Source: an uncultured virus (IMG/VR IMGVR_UViG_3300037322_000284)
Taxonomy: Duplodnaviria; Heunggongvirae; Uroviricota; Caudoviricetes
Strand: one strand, 5' to 3'
Virus record (IMG/VR): IMGVR_UViG_3300037322_000284
DNA length: 64,000 bases
Part shown: positions 37,601-49,200 of the stretch, piece after piece
Layout of the letters: each line of letters starts with the position of its first letter
Numbering within the stretch: the first letter of the stretch is position 1
Notes under the pieces: model-generated
What the model saw: only the letters and a program-made list of their open reading frames with translations
The model's database searches: none
Told to the model about the DNA's origin: nothing
Made by a program: the position numbers and the translations under genes

Positions 37601-40600
37601 TAGATAGTATTGAAGGTCTTTCTAAAGACTCGTAATACTTACTATCATACCCTACGTAAGAGTTCAACATAAGAAAGTTGTAAGCTTCCTCGGGTTGCAT
37701 TGCGCCGATCATATCTATAAATTTTTGAGGAAATATTACATTTTCTCCAAATCTCACTTTATTTGTGGCTCTCTTATTGTTATCAATTTGAGTTAATTCA
37801 AAACTTAATACTGCCTCTCTAGTTGCATTAGTGAGTAATTTAAAGTATAGTGACTCTCCTGTTTTAATTATGCCTTTTTCATGTTTCACAGTTATTCCAT
37901 CAATATCTACATCTATTAAAGAGTCTAAATATTCTTGTTCTGTAATTAAGATTTGATCTATTCCTTTCTTAACATCTCCATCATAATATATTGATTTATC
38001 GTGGACTCTTTGTTTTTTTAAAGCCTCCATATCAGAACGATTATCTTCTGTAAATGTCCTAACACCATCAATTACTTCTGCATTCTGCATAATATTGTTG
38101 TAGGCACCGCTTGATGTTTCTTCATAGTCCTGAGTCTCTTTAGAGTAACTAGCCAATCTTTCTCTTTTATCTCGCATTTCTTGTACAGAGAGTGGCGTAA
38201 GTCTTAGATTAGACAGTTCCCAATCTCCATACTTTTGATTAGCTTCTCGGAGTTGATCTACTGTTAATTTTCTAAACTGATCTTTTTTGTAAATTATGTC
38301 AAACTCCTCTTTAGTTAAAGTGTCAAGTTTTGTAACCTCTTTATATACTTCAAATCTTTTATCTGCTATCGCTTCTTCTCTAGCTTTATCATTAAATCTA
38401 TTTTGTAGAAAACCATTCTTAAAAAATTCTTTAGCTTTGTCGGCAAAGCCTAATTTAGTTAACTTATCTACAAATGGTTTAGAATCCTTTAGGAATCCCT
38501 CTGTTAATTCATCTACTGTCTTTGTTACTACGTGTCCTGCTGCATTTAAATATACGTTTGATGAATGTGATAAGGTACCAAATTGCATGAAAAACCAGTT
38601 TACCTCATTTTGTTTCTGACTTACTCTGTTTTTGACGTATTCTTTTCTTTCGTTTGATAGCCCTAATCTATCTGATATTGTATTGATTATATTCTCTTCC
38701 GCATTTATTTGCAGTACTCCAACTTGTCCTTCTAATTCTGTAATTGCGTTAATAGTTTTATCTATTTCACTTAAAACTTTTTCTTCTGCTCGTGTTTTGT
38801 TTTTACGATCCTCTAAAATAGTTTTAGTTATCGGTAAAATTTTTCTACCAAAGGATTGAACCATTGAAATATAAACCGCTCTTTCTTCTGAAGAGAAGTA
38901 GAAATTATCTTGTGCCTTTTTCTTAGCAGCTCTTTGTAAATAAGTTAATTGTTTTTGAGCCATAGCTGTTATAGCTGAAAAAGCAGCAACTGATTCAACA
39001 GCAATCTTAGCTTTAGCTATGTCAATATCTGAATTATTTGTTGCTGTATCCGCCTGTATTAATGCTTCAGAAACTGCTCTAACCGCTTCCCTTGCTGTCT
39101 TTGACAATTTCTTTTGTGAGGCATCGTTCTTAGAGGTCTGTTGGGAATAAGATTCTAATAAGTTTATAGCGTCCTCGGCTTGTTTTTGAATGTTTACTAA
39201 ATCACTACTAATATTTTTATTGGACGAGTATAATCTAAATTTAGTTCCAAACTCTTGGTCTAAGTTTAATTCATCTGCCAATTGCCCTGCCATTAACTTT
39301 GTATATAAATCTTTGTTTAATTTATCAATTTGTTGTTGATACTCTGGCTTGAAATAGTTTGAAATTTTTTGAAAGAATGTGTCTAAAACTTCTTTGATCT
39401 TAGAAAAAATAGACTGTTGTGTTAGAGTGGCGTTTTCTTCCAAAGCAAAATTAGTTTTTACAGCATTTGCCATAACTTTACCTAAAACTTCTCTTCTAAC
39501 CATTTCCTCTAACTTGTCCCCACTATATTCCTTAGCGTAAACTTCATAATAATGTGCTGAATGTTGTTGCCATTCAGGAGTTTTATGGATATTTTTTCTA
39601 ACCCCCTCCATAGATTCTTGATTAGAACTTGCCTCAATTAAGTGCATAGTTTCTTCAATTAGGTCATCTCTAGTTATAGTCCCATCTCTAAAAGCCATAA
39701 CTTTATTTACCAAGTCCATTAAAGCTGTTGAATTCATATTAACCCCTTCATTTTTTAAACTGGTATTTTTAACGTAGTCTTCTATTGATGTAATACTAAC
39801 TCCCATCTTTGTAAGTAGGGATTTTATAGAGTTTATTAACTCATCCTCGGATTTTATCTCAATATCTTGACTTAATTTTTTCTGATTTTTAGATGGCATT
39901 AAGGCTTTTTCTATCTCTCTTGATACTTCAAAATTTAATGCAATATCCTCTCCAAACTCTTTTTTAAGAGCTTCGTAATTCATTTCTTTAAGTCCGTTCT
40001 CCTTATATTCCTTACCATTAATAATCCTCTTACCTTTATTGTTAATAAGAATAATATCTCCTGTTTTTGTTCTCTTAACTGAGCGTTGCCCCAACATTTT
40101 AGTGGCTATTGTTTCTAAATTATTAGCTGTTAAATGTTTAGCCGTTATTGTTTCGCCCGTTACTACTAATATTTCATCTCCATTAACTTCTAATATTCTT
40201 TCTCCTGTTAGTCCGCCTGCTTTTACAAATGAATTTATAAGTCCTTCATAAGTGTCTATATTTGTATCTGAATTTACCTCTGCTACTACAACTCCCTCAA
40301 TTTTAAGTTTTATTTCTCCCTCGTTTGTGTTTTGTAAAGCCTCTTGGTATGTATTATAAATTTGTCCAGAAGGTGTTTCAAAAATTAAATTTGGTTCTAT
40401 TGCTTTTTGAAAAGCTATTACAGGGTTGTTTACTTCGCTTGCTTCTATTTTGGTTTCATACCAATCAAACCCATTTTCATCAGTTACTGTCTCTACGTTT
40501 TCTTCTCCTCTTTCAATTTCTAAAAGTCTTTTAAGTTCTTTGTATTTTCTTGCTACTGTTTGTTCTGTGTCTGACAGGTCAGAAATTTGGAAATTCCAAG

Positions 40601-43600
40601 ATTTTTTGGCTTTATTTCCTAAATATACTTGTGGTTGTGAAAACCTCTCAAGTCCGCCTGAAATAAAAGTAATCATTCCCTTACCATTGTAGCTATACCT
40701 TACACCTCCTATTTGATGGATACCTATTTGTACATCTTCTCCGAACTCTTTCTTAAATACTTCTTTATTATACTGTATTGATTTTTCATTATCAATTTTT
40801 ATTGCGGAAAATTCGCTATCATCTGCTCTTGTTACAGCATAAGCTTGTGCACCAATCATTATAATATCAGTAGGTTCTAAGACTACAACATTACCATTAC
40901 TATCCACAGTTTCAGAATTATACTCTAAATCTCTTGATATGATATTATATGGTAATTGGGTAGAATCATAATTTTCATCTTTAATGTATCCCTCAATAAC
41001 ACTTAAAGTATATGGTGTAGGTAGTCTAAATGTTGTTGCGCCACTTAAAGATGCTTCTTTTAATGCTTCTCTTAATAGTCTTTTTTCCCATTCTTTTTGA
41101 GATGCTATAAATTGTTTTTCTTGTGGTGAAAAAATATTATCTATGTGTTTTTGCTCTCTAACTTTTTCATCTTTTATAAAAGCGTCTACTTCTTTTTCGT
41201 TGTTATTGTACTTTTTAACAAAATCAAAAACATTAATACTTCCTTTGAGATAAGCATCTATTACTTGATTTTTTACATTTAACGCTTCTATCTGTTCAGT
41301 AACTTCATTGAAGTCTTTATTATTTCTAATTTCACTTAAAAGTCTGTCATATTTCCCTATCTTCTTGTTATTTTCGGTTTTTATTTCCGACAAACTCTCT
41401 TTTGATGGGTGTTTTTCTCTAAAGTTATTAGGTGTAAAACCCTGTTTGGTAAAAAACTCTTCTCTCTTTTTAGTAAACTCTTTTGTCGTAAAATATGCTG
41501 ATTTTTCTTTGATTAATAAATCCTTTGCTTTGTATTTTTGGTAGAAATCACTTTGTGCTTCAGCGACATAAAATATATCTCCATCTTGCCATACACGAAT
41601 ATGAGCAAACATTCCTTTGTTTATACTTATATTAACTCCTTTATTTTGTAAATATTCTAATCTTTTCTTTTCTTTTTCATCCAAAGATGCTATGGCTCTT
41701 TTCCTAGTTAAGTCTGACATTTCTTCCATTTCTTTTTCAGATAATCCTTCATAAGACTCATACTCATTTATCCAAACATCGACAGCTTCTTTTGTACCCG
41801 CAGTTCCTACAAACTGATAAATATTATTATCATTTGCTCCTTGTGCTTGATAATTTTCTTCAACTGCTACCCAAGTGTTACCATTAAGTTGTTTAGAAAT
41901 ATATTTAATATCTTTTCTTCCACTCGCTTTAAATGCTTCACTAAGATGTCCTGTTATTGCGTGCTCAATCGGAGTGTTTAATATAATAGTGTTAGCCGTT
42001 CCGTATTTTCCATCACCTAAATTATCCATTCCATAGTTGGCATAACTTGAAGTGAATACTCTTTCTAGTGGCATTATATTAGCTCTAACTGTTGCTTCTA
42101 ATTCGTCATAACTTATTTTCTTTTGTCCCACATAATTTTCTTCAATTATGTTTTTTATTAACTCTTTTTCAATTTGTTTTATTCCTGTTTGATTTAAAGA
42201 ATTTAAAACAGTTAGTGGGTTTATCTGTTTGCCTTGTAATTTTACAAATTCAGGTCTGCTAAAAACAGCTAATGTTAAAGGTAGTCTATCTGCTTCTCTA
42301 GTAAAATACTGTTGTGCTTGACTGCCTTTTATATTGTTTCCTTGTAATAAACTTACTCCCATTGCAGTAGCATACTCACCTAAGTTTAGGTTAGCAATTT
42401 GTTGAGGAGTCATATTAGTAATCCCTAACATTTTACCGATAGTTTCCCAAAAGTCCGAAAGCCATTGCATCAATGGGGATTTAGCTTTTTGTTCATCCAT
42501 CATTTCTCCTGCTTTTCTTGAAATAGTCTCTGTTAAAATTTCTTCTAATAGTGCTTCTCCTTTTAAGTTGGGTTGGGTCTCTTTAATAAATGCGATTATA
42601 TCTTTTATTTCGCTGTTTGGGTTATTGATTTCCTCTGAAACAAGTTCAATTCCTTTATCGTATGTAGCTTTATTAGTAGTTTTAAGTGTTGATAGTAGTA
42701 AATGTCCATATTCATGTACAAAAGTTTCATTATTGGCTAAATCCGAGTTAAAGTAAACATCGTTATTAAATACAAATCCTAAAGTAGTCATCTGAACATT
42801 ATCTGCTCCAAGCTCTTCTAGTTTTGCATTAATTTCCGCTGTTGACATTTGGAAAACATTTTCTGCAAGTCCGCTCTCTTTTAGTCTGTCTATTACTTCT
42901 TGGTCTGCTGATTTAGTTGTTTGTCTTGTAGTATCATTAAAAATATCATCTGTAAATATACTAATAACTTCATTTTTATTTATGCCCTCCTTATTTTGTA
43001 ATAAATTTAGTAGGTCTTCATAACGATATTCAGAGTTCTTAAAGTTATCTCTTAATTTTAAAGCTTGTTCAACAACTCTAGCATCAATCTCTCCTTGTAG
43101 TAAGTCTAATTGGGATATTAATAAATCATTATTATTTATATCTGCTATTAGTTTTCTTGCTGAAAGTATGACTTTTTTCTCGTTACTAGTTAAATTATTT
43201 AAAGGGTAGTTATTAATGATGCTAACTGTTTCCAATGCTAACAACTCTTGCGATTTTGTTATAAAAATTGCATTTTTTATAATTGTATATGGGTTGCCTC
43301 CTCTAGCAAATCCTTCAACGTTTTGGATGTAGTGTTGGAATTCGTGGGCAGTAATACTTGTGATATCTTTTCCATCAGGATTGTCTGTTCGTATGAACAT
43401 TGTAGCCTCTCCCTCGGATGTTGTGTTAATTGCTCCATTTGACCCTCTATATCTTTCTGAGATGTCCAAATTTGTTTTGTCATAATATATTATTTTTAAA
43501 TTTTTAGACTCTGGGTACAATTGAAATAGGATATTACCCTCCCCTAAAACTTCTACTAGACGTTGTTCTTTGTTTAATGTTATGTTACTTAAATTAAATT

Positions 43601-43943
43601 GCCTTAGTATCTTATTGGAGAGATACTTCCACTGCCCCTCATCGTTTTTAAACCACCCTGTTTGAGAATAGTCTTTGTTTTGAGAGTCTAATTGTTTTGC
43701 TTCGTCTAAAAGGGTTTTATATTCTTCTACTTTTGACGCTCCTTTTTCTCCAATTACTTGGAATCTTATAGAATCTTTTAACTTTTCACCATAGATATTT
43801 TTATAAGCGTCTATAGACTGTTCCAAACTTAATATCGGAGTATTAAATATTTCTTTAAAAAGCTTACTAGTATTGCCCGATTGATCTAACACACCGTTGA
43901 TTTTACCGTCTTTATTCTTTGTTATTTTACAGCCTTTAGCCAT
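34617..43943 (-). CDS. Giant polyvalent (probably ejected) protein: LPD23-like domain plus several zincin-like motifs
   Basis: TGWFKNDEGQWKY (LPD23-like), AHEFQHYIQNVEGFARGG...GEIDAR, VHEYGH, EETMHLI. Confidence 0.75.
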   Translation of the reverse strand: MAKGCKITKNKDGKINGVLDQSGNTSKLFKEIFNTPILSLEQSIDAYKNIYGEKLKDSIRFQVIGEKGASKVEEYKTLLDEAKQLDSQNKDYSQTGWFKNDEGQWKYLSNKILRQFNLSNITLNKEQRLVEVLGEGNILFQLYPESKNLKIIYYDKTNLDISERYRGSNGAINTTSEGEATMFIRTDNPDGKDITSITAHEFQHYIQNVEGFARGGNPYTIIKNAIFITKSQELLALETVSIINNYPLNNLTSNEKKVILSARKLIADINNNDLLISQLDLLQGEIDARVVEQALKLRDNFKNSEYRYEDLLNLLQNKEGINKNEVISIFTDDIFNDTTRQTTKSADQEVIDRLKESGLAENVFQMSTAEINAKLEELGADNVQMTTLGFVFNNDVYFNSDLANNETFVHEYGHLLLSTLKTTNKATYDKGIELVSEEINNPNSEIKDIIAFIKETQPNLKGEALLEEILTETISRKAGEMMDEQKAKSPLMQWLSDFWETIGKMLGITNMTPQQIANLNLGEYATAMGVSLLQGNNIKGSQAQQYFTREADRLPLTLAVFSRPEFVKLQGKQINPLTVLNSLNQTGIKQIEKELIKNIIEENYVGQKKISYDELEATVRANIMPLERVFTSSYANYGMDNLGDGKYGTANTIILNTPIEHAITGHLSEAFKASGRKDIKYISKQLNGNTWVAVEENYQAQGANDNNIYQFVGTAGTKEAVDVWINEYESYEGLSEKEMEEMSDLTRKRAIASLDEKEKKRLEYLQNKGVNISINKGMFAHIRVWQDGDIFYVAEAQSDFYQKYKAKDLLIKEKSAYFTTKEFTKKREEFFTKQGFTPNNFREKHPSKESLSEIKTENNKKIGKYDRLLSEIRNNKDFNEVTEQIEALNVKNQVIDAYLKGSINVFDFVKKYNNNEKEVDAFIKDEKVREQKHIDNIFSPQEKQFIASQKEWEKRLLREALKEASLSGATTFRLPTPYTLSVIEGYIKDENYDSTQLPYNIISRDLEYNSETVDSNGNVVVLEPTDIIMIGAQAYAVTRADDSEFSAIKIDNEKSIQYNKEVFKKEFGEDVQIGIHQIGGVRYSYNGKGMITFISGGLERFSQPQVYLGNKAKKSWNFQISDLSDTEQTVARKYKELKRLLEIERGEENVETVTDENGFDWYETKIEASEVNNPVIAFQKAIEPNLIFETPSGQIYNTYQEALQNTNEGEIKLKIEGVVVAEVNSDTNIDTYEGLINSFVKAGGLTGERILEVNGDEILVVTGETITAKHLTANNLETIATKMLGQRSVKRTKTGDIILINNKGKRIINGKEYKENGLKEMNYEALKKEFGEDIALNFEVSREIEKALMPSKNQKKLSQDIEIKSEDELINSIKSLLTKMGVSITSIEDYVKNTSLKNEGVNMNSTALMDLVNKVMAFRDGTITRDDLIEETMHLIEASSNQESMEGVRKNIHKTPEWQQHSAHYYEVYAKEYSGDKLEEMVRREVLGKVMANAVKTNFALEENATLTQQSIFSKIKEVLDTFFQKISNYFKPEYQQQIDKLNKDLYTKLMAGQLADELNLDQEFGTKFRLYSSNKNISSDLVNIQKQAEDAINLLESYSQQTSKNDASQKKLSKTAREAVRAVSEALIQADTATNNSDIDIAKAKIAVESVAAFSAITAMAQKQLTYLQRAAKKKAQDNFYFSSEERAVYISMVQSFGRKILPITKTILEDRKNKTRAEEKVLSEIDKTINAITELEGQVGVLQINAEENIINTISDRLGLSNERKEYVKNRVSQKQNEVNWFFMQFGTLSHSSNVYLNAAGHVVTKTVDELTEGFLKDSKPFVDKLTKLGFADKAKEFFKNGFLQNRFNDKAREEAIADKRFEVYKEVTKLDTLTKEEFDIIYKKDQFRKLTVDQLREANQKYGDWELSNLRLTPLSVQEMRDKRERLASYSKETQDYEETSSGAYNNIMQNAEVIDGVRTFTEDNRSDMEALKKQRVHDKSIYYDGDVKKGIDQILITEQEYLDSLIDVDIDGITVKHEKGIIKTGESLYFKLLTNATREAVLSFELTQIDNNKRATNKVRFGENVIFPQKFIDMIGAMQPEEAYNFLMLNSYVGYDSKYYESLERPSILSRLEDAKDGDNDYDIDNLILKIANLSKKRGETLQANKRLNNPSEVNYDNMDSYEISSVREDSERLEELYRESRAFLKDSEIQEDDLSETIVNKSFKEYMLDIKGIGRLDYSENTALDKADKENIKDILKVVGDNSTQTNRRKIEDAQMFIKNFTSGRVQKIDKALSYIFKEELESYNNLSVEEQEAIMTNELLNYSYSRMLPYFKKSQPKGADIALEQLEVGAITASEFIDNYLNRETNGKDDYKNLLISPNFNFQDADDSRLNREFLNAKANGDPMFRTFEEGVTEDILRNSTVDDLANRGLLNKFVSKEYLKQFDIDLVELYNTGIEVSRKDTKRHEARNEFLNLQKRSIDLYGMEGSHNPYLVPQKERDRFRKVEEIVKNAKEKSVKSLLDEMLTFREDESELGQQEDEEGNTINTTARRSFGLNIIPKYGIRKLEQAVATDELLASYIWMNKQANTYRARVNNIGDMTAIEETLLGSEFEGGLSAADTNAYKMFDDFKKANFFGIKESVSKQYSVAGVTFDVGKVLKTFGGWIRLRNLGFNLTIPITSALTGSVQKRIETLVGEKVDKDASKRADKLFFKHSGDSMREIMGFESKSWLNAVGDRFGFFEYEERFNNSNYGKSVRAIGKSPYVAHQMANFPVNPRVGLAVLANNRFVEGNLIDYREFKEGFKGKSDKEVRKLWNDYKDVTDVIDLDESGVVAFDYKKIAEYLNNNFTDQEAKDFMDKKGTLLRTRVKAAIQSVDQQIATEDKSVSSRNAWFSFTNIHRGWLFLAAQTRLKNRQFSFSTNHFEEGTWRSVSRVVNDTIKDIRTGKVKNILTYMKERWENGDETTKKNIIRTGIEMAVLNGLIALMMAAIKELGDDDDDSYLFKTSSLFLMRTTNEIASTTVGLPENVYGTLENMIVGLNSIEAVTEIGDALAGDKVITRGRYKGKTERERYFLKQLPILKEYNNLFDDVDNTIKSYNYFNFVSSNSALKNLTVYPLLEEKKEE

Positions 43944-44043
43944 TTTATATTTTATTTTAAATTAAAGTAGCCTAAAAGGTTTCCCAATCAGGCTACAAAT
44001 TTAGATTATTTATTTTTATTACACAACTGTTTGAAAACTATTG

Positions 44044-46266
44044 TTAAGATGCACAACTAAAATTATCATCTAAATCGGCTTCTTTCCATTTTTTCTTAAC
44101 ATCGTTGTACTTCTCTAAGTTTTTAACATTAGAAATTATTTGTTTAGTGTATTCTGGAACAGCTTTAGGATTTAGCTCGTTGTAAATTAAATTGCTATTT
44201 TTATCTATTTTCCCGTAAATCGACATATTCCCCTCAATTGACTGCTGTTCAAATAAATCTTCTCCTACTCTTAAAAACTGATCTGTTGTGTTTTTGCTTA
44301 CTAAAACTTCGCTATTTAATCTAGTGAATTGACCCTCTGGTTCACTCACTTCATAAAAATTATTTACGGCATCTATTCTCTGGTTAAACCTGTTGTCTAA
44401 AATATCCTCTGTGGTTTTTAATTTGTACATTTGCTTGGATATCAAACTATACTCTGCTATTTCATCTCCCAATTTAACTCCATCTTGTATATAAGCTTGG
44501 ATTTCAGATAAGGATATTAAATCATCATACTTTAAAATAATCCCTTTTTCATTTACTTCAAACTTACTGTAAAAATCACTATCTTTATTTTTTAATTTTT
44601 CAATATTAAAGTCTGCAATAAATTCTCCTGTTAGATACTCAACACTATTTATAAGAGTTGAGGGGCTGAAATATTTAGCTTCTATGTTAGAAGCTGTATT
44701 GTAATTAAAATAGTCTTTATAGGCTTGTAATTCGCTTATATTATCATCTAATACTAAAGCTTCCTTCATCTGTTCAAAATCAACTTTCTCAATAACATGA
44801 TAGACATTTTCCTGTTCTGTTTTTAAAAGATTTAATTCGTCAAATAGTTGTTGTTCTGTTTTTAACGTCTCTAGGTATACTAAATCTCTTTCCTTATTCT
44901 CTATTTTTAAAACTTGCTCTCTTTGTTTTTCTGGGGTATTAAAGACTACTCTATAATCGTTGGAAAAGATTTCAATATTTTCTTGGTTGGGAGTTTTTAA
45001 CATATTATCTAAACTAGGTAGTAAATCTTTAGTAAACCCCTCAATGTCTATACCATAATCTAAAAGCCATTTTGAAAGTTTACTCTCTAAATTAGACGTA
45101 TCCACTTGTGATGGTGCGTTTATTAAAGCTGAAATAGCTCTAAATATCTTCTCGTCTTCCACAACCTTAACTGCATTAGTGTAAACAATTTTGTTTACTA
45201 TTGGCTCCCCTAATTCGTTTATTACAGGAACTCGTTTAAACTCTGCTAAAAATTCTTGAGTTATAGTTTTATCTTGTACTTCTGATAGGTCTGGGTTTTC
45301 TGTGCCACCTAATTCTTGTATTAAATCTTGTTTAACTATGAAAGGATTTCTAATAGATATTTTTCCTAAGCTGTTTAATTCACCTGTTTTGGTTACATTA
45401 TCAACACTAGTATTATTATATAGTAACTCTGTCTTTTTTAGTTTTTCTACTGTTTCTTTTATTGTTGCCAAAACTTTAACATCTCCTAAAATTCTATCTA
45501 CTTCATATTTAGAATATATTTTACTTTTATCTAAGGTTTGTTTTGTCGGTGCAAATAGCCCATCTTTATTATAAAAAGCTTCTATAAGTTTTTGAGTTAA
45601 TCTTTCTGAATCTTCTACGTTCGGAAATTCTGTCATCATAAGTTTTATCTCTCGTTGTTCTACAAAAGATAATGGCTCTGACACTTCATTTTGTTGCATG
45701 GCATACTGAATAACTCTATCAGCTTTTATCTCTCCATTAATGTCAAATTTATCAGCGGGGTAGGGTGTGATAACTTTATTATTCTGAGATGTAATCCCCA
45801 TTTTTTCTAAAGACTTCCAAACTCTTTCTGCATCATCTGTACGCATTAAATCTGTGTAGAGTGTGGCTCCTTCAGACATTAATTTTCTTACGGCATATAT
45901 GTATAACGCCTTACCGTAACCTTGACCCTTAAAAGCATCGTCAACTAACACTGATTTTATTTTAAATCCGTTTTTATGGGGTGTTAATTGTATTCTGCCA
46001 ATTTTTCCATTATCGGTTAAATGGAAAGTTCTTATTTTTCGTTCATTACTTTCTCTAAATTTTAATTCCTTTGGTAGCGTTGGTATATTAGTTCGGTATT
46101 TTACTACCTCTGTGGCTATCACTTCTTTTTTAAAACCTTTCGTGTAAGATAACACAAACAAATCTTTTGCTTGTGCTTCTCCTACTTTACTCTCTAATTC
46201 TTTATATAATATACTTTCCTCTCCGTTGGGAGCAAAATACTTATTACCTCTAATTTGACATGCCAT
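44044..46266 (-). CDS. Large virion-module protein with GNAT acetyltransferase domain
   Basis: VLVDDAFKGQGYGKALY...TDDAERVWKSL acetyl-CoA motif A. Confidence 0.7.
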   Translation of the reverse strand: MACQIRGNKYFAPNGEESILYKELESKVGEAQAKDLFVLSYTKGFKKEVIATEVVKYRTNIPTLPKELKFRESNERKIRTFHLTDNGKIGRIQLTPHKNGFKIKSVLVDDAFKGQGYGKALYIYAVRKLMSEGATLYTDLMRTDDAERVWKSLEKMGITSQNNKVITPYPADKFDINGEIKADRVIQYAMQQNEVSEPLSFVEQREIKLMMTEFPNVEDSERLTQKLIEAFYNKDGLFAPTKQTLDKSKIYSKYEVDRILGDVKVLATIKETVEKLKKTELLYNNTSVDNVTKTGELNSLGKISIRNPFIVKQDLIQELGGTENPDLSEVQDKTITQEFLAEFKRVPVINELGEPIVNKIVYTNAVKVVEDEKIFRAISALINAPSQVDTSNLESKLSKWLLDYGIDIEGFTKDLLPSLDNMLKTPNQENIEIFSNDYRVVFNTPEKQREQVLKIENKERDLVYLETLKTEQQLFDELNLLKTEQENVYHVIEKVDFEQMKEALVLDDNISELQAYKDYFNYNTASNIEAKYFSPSTLINSVEYLTGEFIADFNIEKLKNKDSDFYSKFEVNEKGIILKYDDLISLSEIQAYIQDGVKLGDEIAEYSLISKQMYKLKTTEDILDNRFNQRIDAVNNFYEVSEPEGQFTRLNSEVLVSKNTTDQFLRVGEDLFEQQSIEGNMSIYGKIDKNSNLIYNELNPKAVPEYTKQIISNVKNLEKYNDVKKKWKEADLDDNFSCAS

Positions 46267-49200
46267 TATTTACAATTTAAATTTGATTGTGTAACTTTAT
46301 CTTTTATTGTCTTAATCTGTTTTTCATAGAAATCCAATAATATTAACTTGTCTCTTAATTTTAGCAGTTTATCTTTGCCAATTATTTCAACAGCTTTTCC
46401 ACCTATACCTATTTTATTTCCATTAGCATCAAAAAACACTTTCTTTATGAAATTTACATCTTTTCTATTCATAATATCTGCCCCGCTATTCTCAACATCG
46501 TTGTTATCAAAAGCTTGGACAAACCTGTTTTGTTCTGGAATACCTACTTCTGAATTTACTATGTTTCTAATAACCTCTAAATCTTGAGGAATACTTGCTC
46601 TTAACTTAATAGCATCTGTTTCATTTTTATCTACGTTTCCTATGGTTAAAGAATCTAGGTCAAAGATTAATTTTGGAGATGATATTACTTCATTTTCTAA
46701 ATTTACTTTTATTGTAGCGTCTTGTTGTAAAGATTCTTTATTATACTCTGAATCTGCTAATTCATTAGCTGTTGTAAAACTTTTATAGTTTTTTAACTCT
46801 TCCCTAACCTCTTCTACTCTTTCATCACTATATTCTGACAACCTTGTCTCAGAACCTAAAGAAATCATAAGCTCGTTAATTCTTATAACAACCGCCACAG
46901 GAGTTTTTGCCGAAGTCAATATCGCTTCTAAATCGCCACTTCTATCGTCTTCTCTTTTTAACATTGTTATAGGGAATGCAAATTTATATTCTCCTTTTTC
47001 TAATATAACTACGGGTATTTTTAAATCTGGATTTTTATCCATTAAATTAGTCACATATAAATTAGAAACTTCTTCTGACTTTAAAGTTTTATCTGCTACA
47101 ACTAATCCCTCCTTAGACGAAATATAACCTTGTGTCAACACTTTTTCTGTTCCTATTTGAGTTATTGGTTGTTCTTTAGGTTGATTATTTTCATCTAATT
47201 GTAATATAGGGGAGCCTAAATACATATCTTTTACGTCTACGTCTGCTTCTAAGTCTATTTTCTTAGGTAGTGTTTCTAAAGCAGAGTTTAAATCTTTAAC
47301 TTTACTTATTGTTGATGCGCTATACTCTAATTCTTCTATAAAACTGTCAGCGTATCTTTTTCTAAGTAGTAGGAAGTTATCATTAATTCCTTTTTCAGAC
47401 GCTGCTTTTAAAGTGGCTACATTTCCTTGTTGCCCTTTTAAAGTTATCTCTAAAGTCTTTTCAATTTTATCTTTTAACTCTTTAGATATTTGCCCGTTGG
47501 TTTTTAAATACTCTTTTATAAACTCCTCAGATAAACCTTTATTCCATTGAGTGTCCATGTCAACAAATAATTCTAAGTTAGAACCCGTTTTTGCATCGTA
47601 TAAAAGCTCTGAATTTGTATTTGTTTCAAACTCTGAATCTTTTTTTCTAGTGGTTCCATCAGGTAATCTTTCATATAAATCTTGACTTGACCAACTTCCT
47701 GTTTTACTATCAATAAATATAAGGTTTATTTGTTCTTTTACTTGATTGTAAAGTGTCTCACTAAAAATAATTGTACTTCTTGCTCCTATGGAAAATTGAA
47801 CACCATTCACTGAAAACACAGTTCCTTCTACCTTAGCAAATTTTTCAATTGTTTCCTCACTTGCAAATTCAGAGGGTGTTGCTTTTTGTAAAACCCCTTT
47901 TGAATTATACTTTGGCTCCGCAATTAAAACCTCGTCGTTCACATCTAATTTTAAACTTTTAATAATAGTTTGGGCATTAACGTGAGATAAAAATACCTTG
48001 CCTTGATATTTTTTAACTACTGCACTGCCACTAATACTTTGTGCAATATCTTCTCTAATTTGTGCTCTTGAGTCTCTATCTGCCACTGTCTCTAAAAACT
48101 GAACTTCATTGTCAATATTGTCTAATGTGTCTCTTTTTTCTGATGTTGTTTCTAATTGTGAAAGTATCACTACTAAGTCCGCAATTGATTTTTCTCCCGA
48201 AGGTAAAGATTGAGCCATAAACCATTTTGACATTCTTGCTTGTAGTTCTTCAAAAACAGGTTGTTCAAATAAATCAAGGTTTGCTCTTTTTTCATATAAT
48301 TCTTTATATTTTTCTATTTCTTCCTTTGTAGGTCTGTCTCTTATAAGTTCATCTACATCAGTTGTTAATAAAGGATAGTCTTTTTCAAAAGCTTGTTCAA
48401 TTTCTTGTCTTATAGCTTCTGCTTCTGTTAAAACTTCTACGTTTTTGACTTGCGAATTTAAATCAGGCTTATTTGGGTTAGGTTTTGTAGCTTTATTTAT
48501 TTCATCAGTTTTTGCCTGATAAATCTCTTGCTCACGTTCAGTCAACCTTTCTTTATTTTTTACTTTTGAAGCGATGTCGTTTAAGATAGTTTCTGTTATT
48601 GTCCCCTCTTCCTTAAATGTTTTATAGTCTTCGTCGGAAACACTATCACCCTCAATACGTCCAACTGCAAAATTTTCAATAGATTTCTTGTAATTGTTAT
48701 AAGTTGTTTCTAAAAACTCTGCCGTAAAATTATCAATAGGTTCTTTTGAATTAAACACTCTTCCTAGTAATCCCTCTGCTTTAGAGAATTTAGGTTTGAA
48801 ATTTCCATTAACTATTGCATCTACTGTCGCTTGGTAACTAAAAAAACTATCTTTTGCAAAATTATATTGCTTCATAGACTCCATTAAATCATAATACACT
48901 TGGTGATTAATACCTTCGTAAGATTTAATTATTTCATCTATTTTTTGCAACTTCCCGTCAATATTTTCTAAGTCGCTTCCTAATATAAATTCTGTATCTA
49001 AGTTGATTCCTTCTGGATTTGATTTATTTATACCTCTTCTTCTCTTACTCTCTTGACTAACTTCTTTTGCTAATTCTTCTCTTTGTTGTTTTAAATTTCT
49101 GACTTCCTCATTTACTAAAAGTAATTTTTCTTGTACTTTTTGAAGCCTCTCTCCTTTAGTTTCATCTTTTGAAACTTGTAATCTTTGTAGTTCAGTTGAT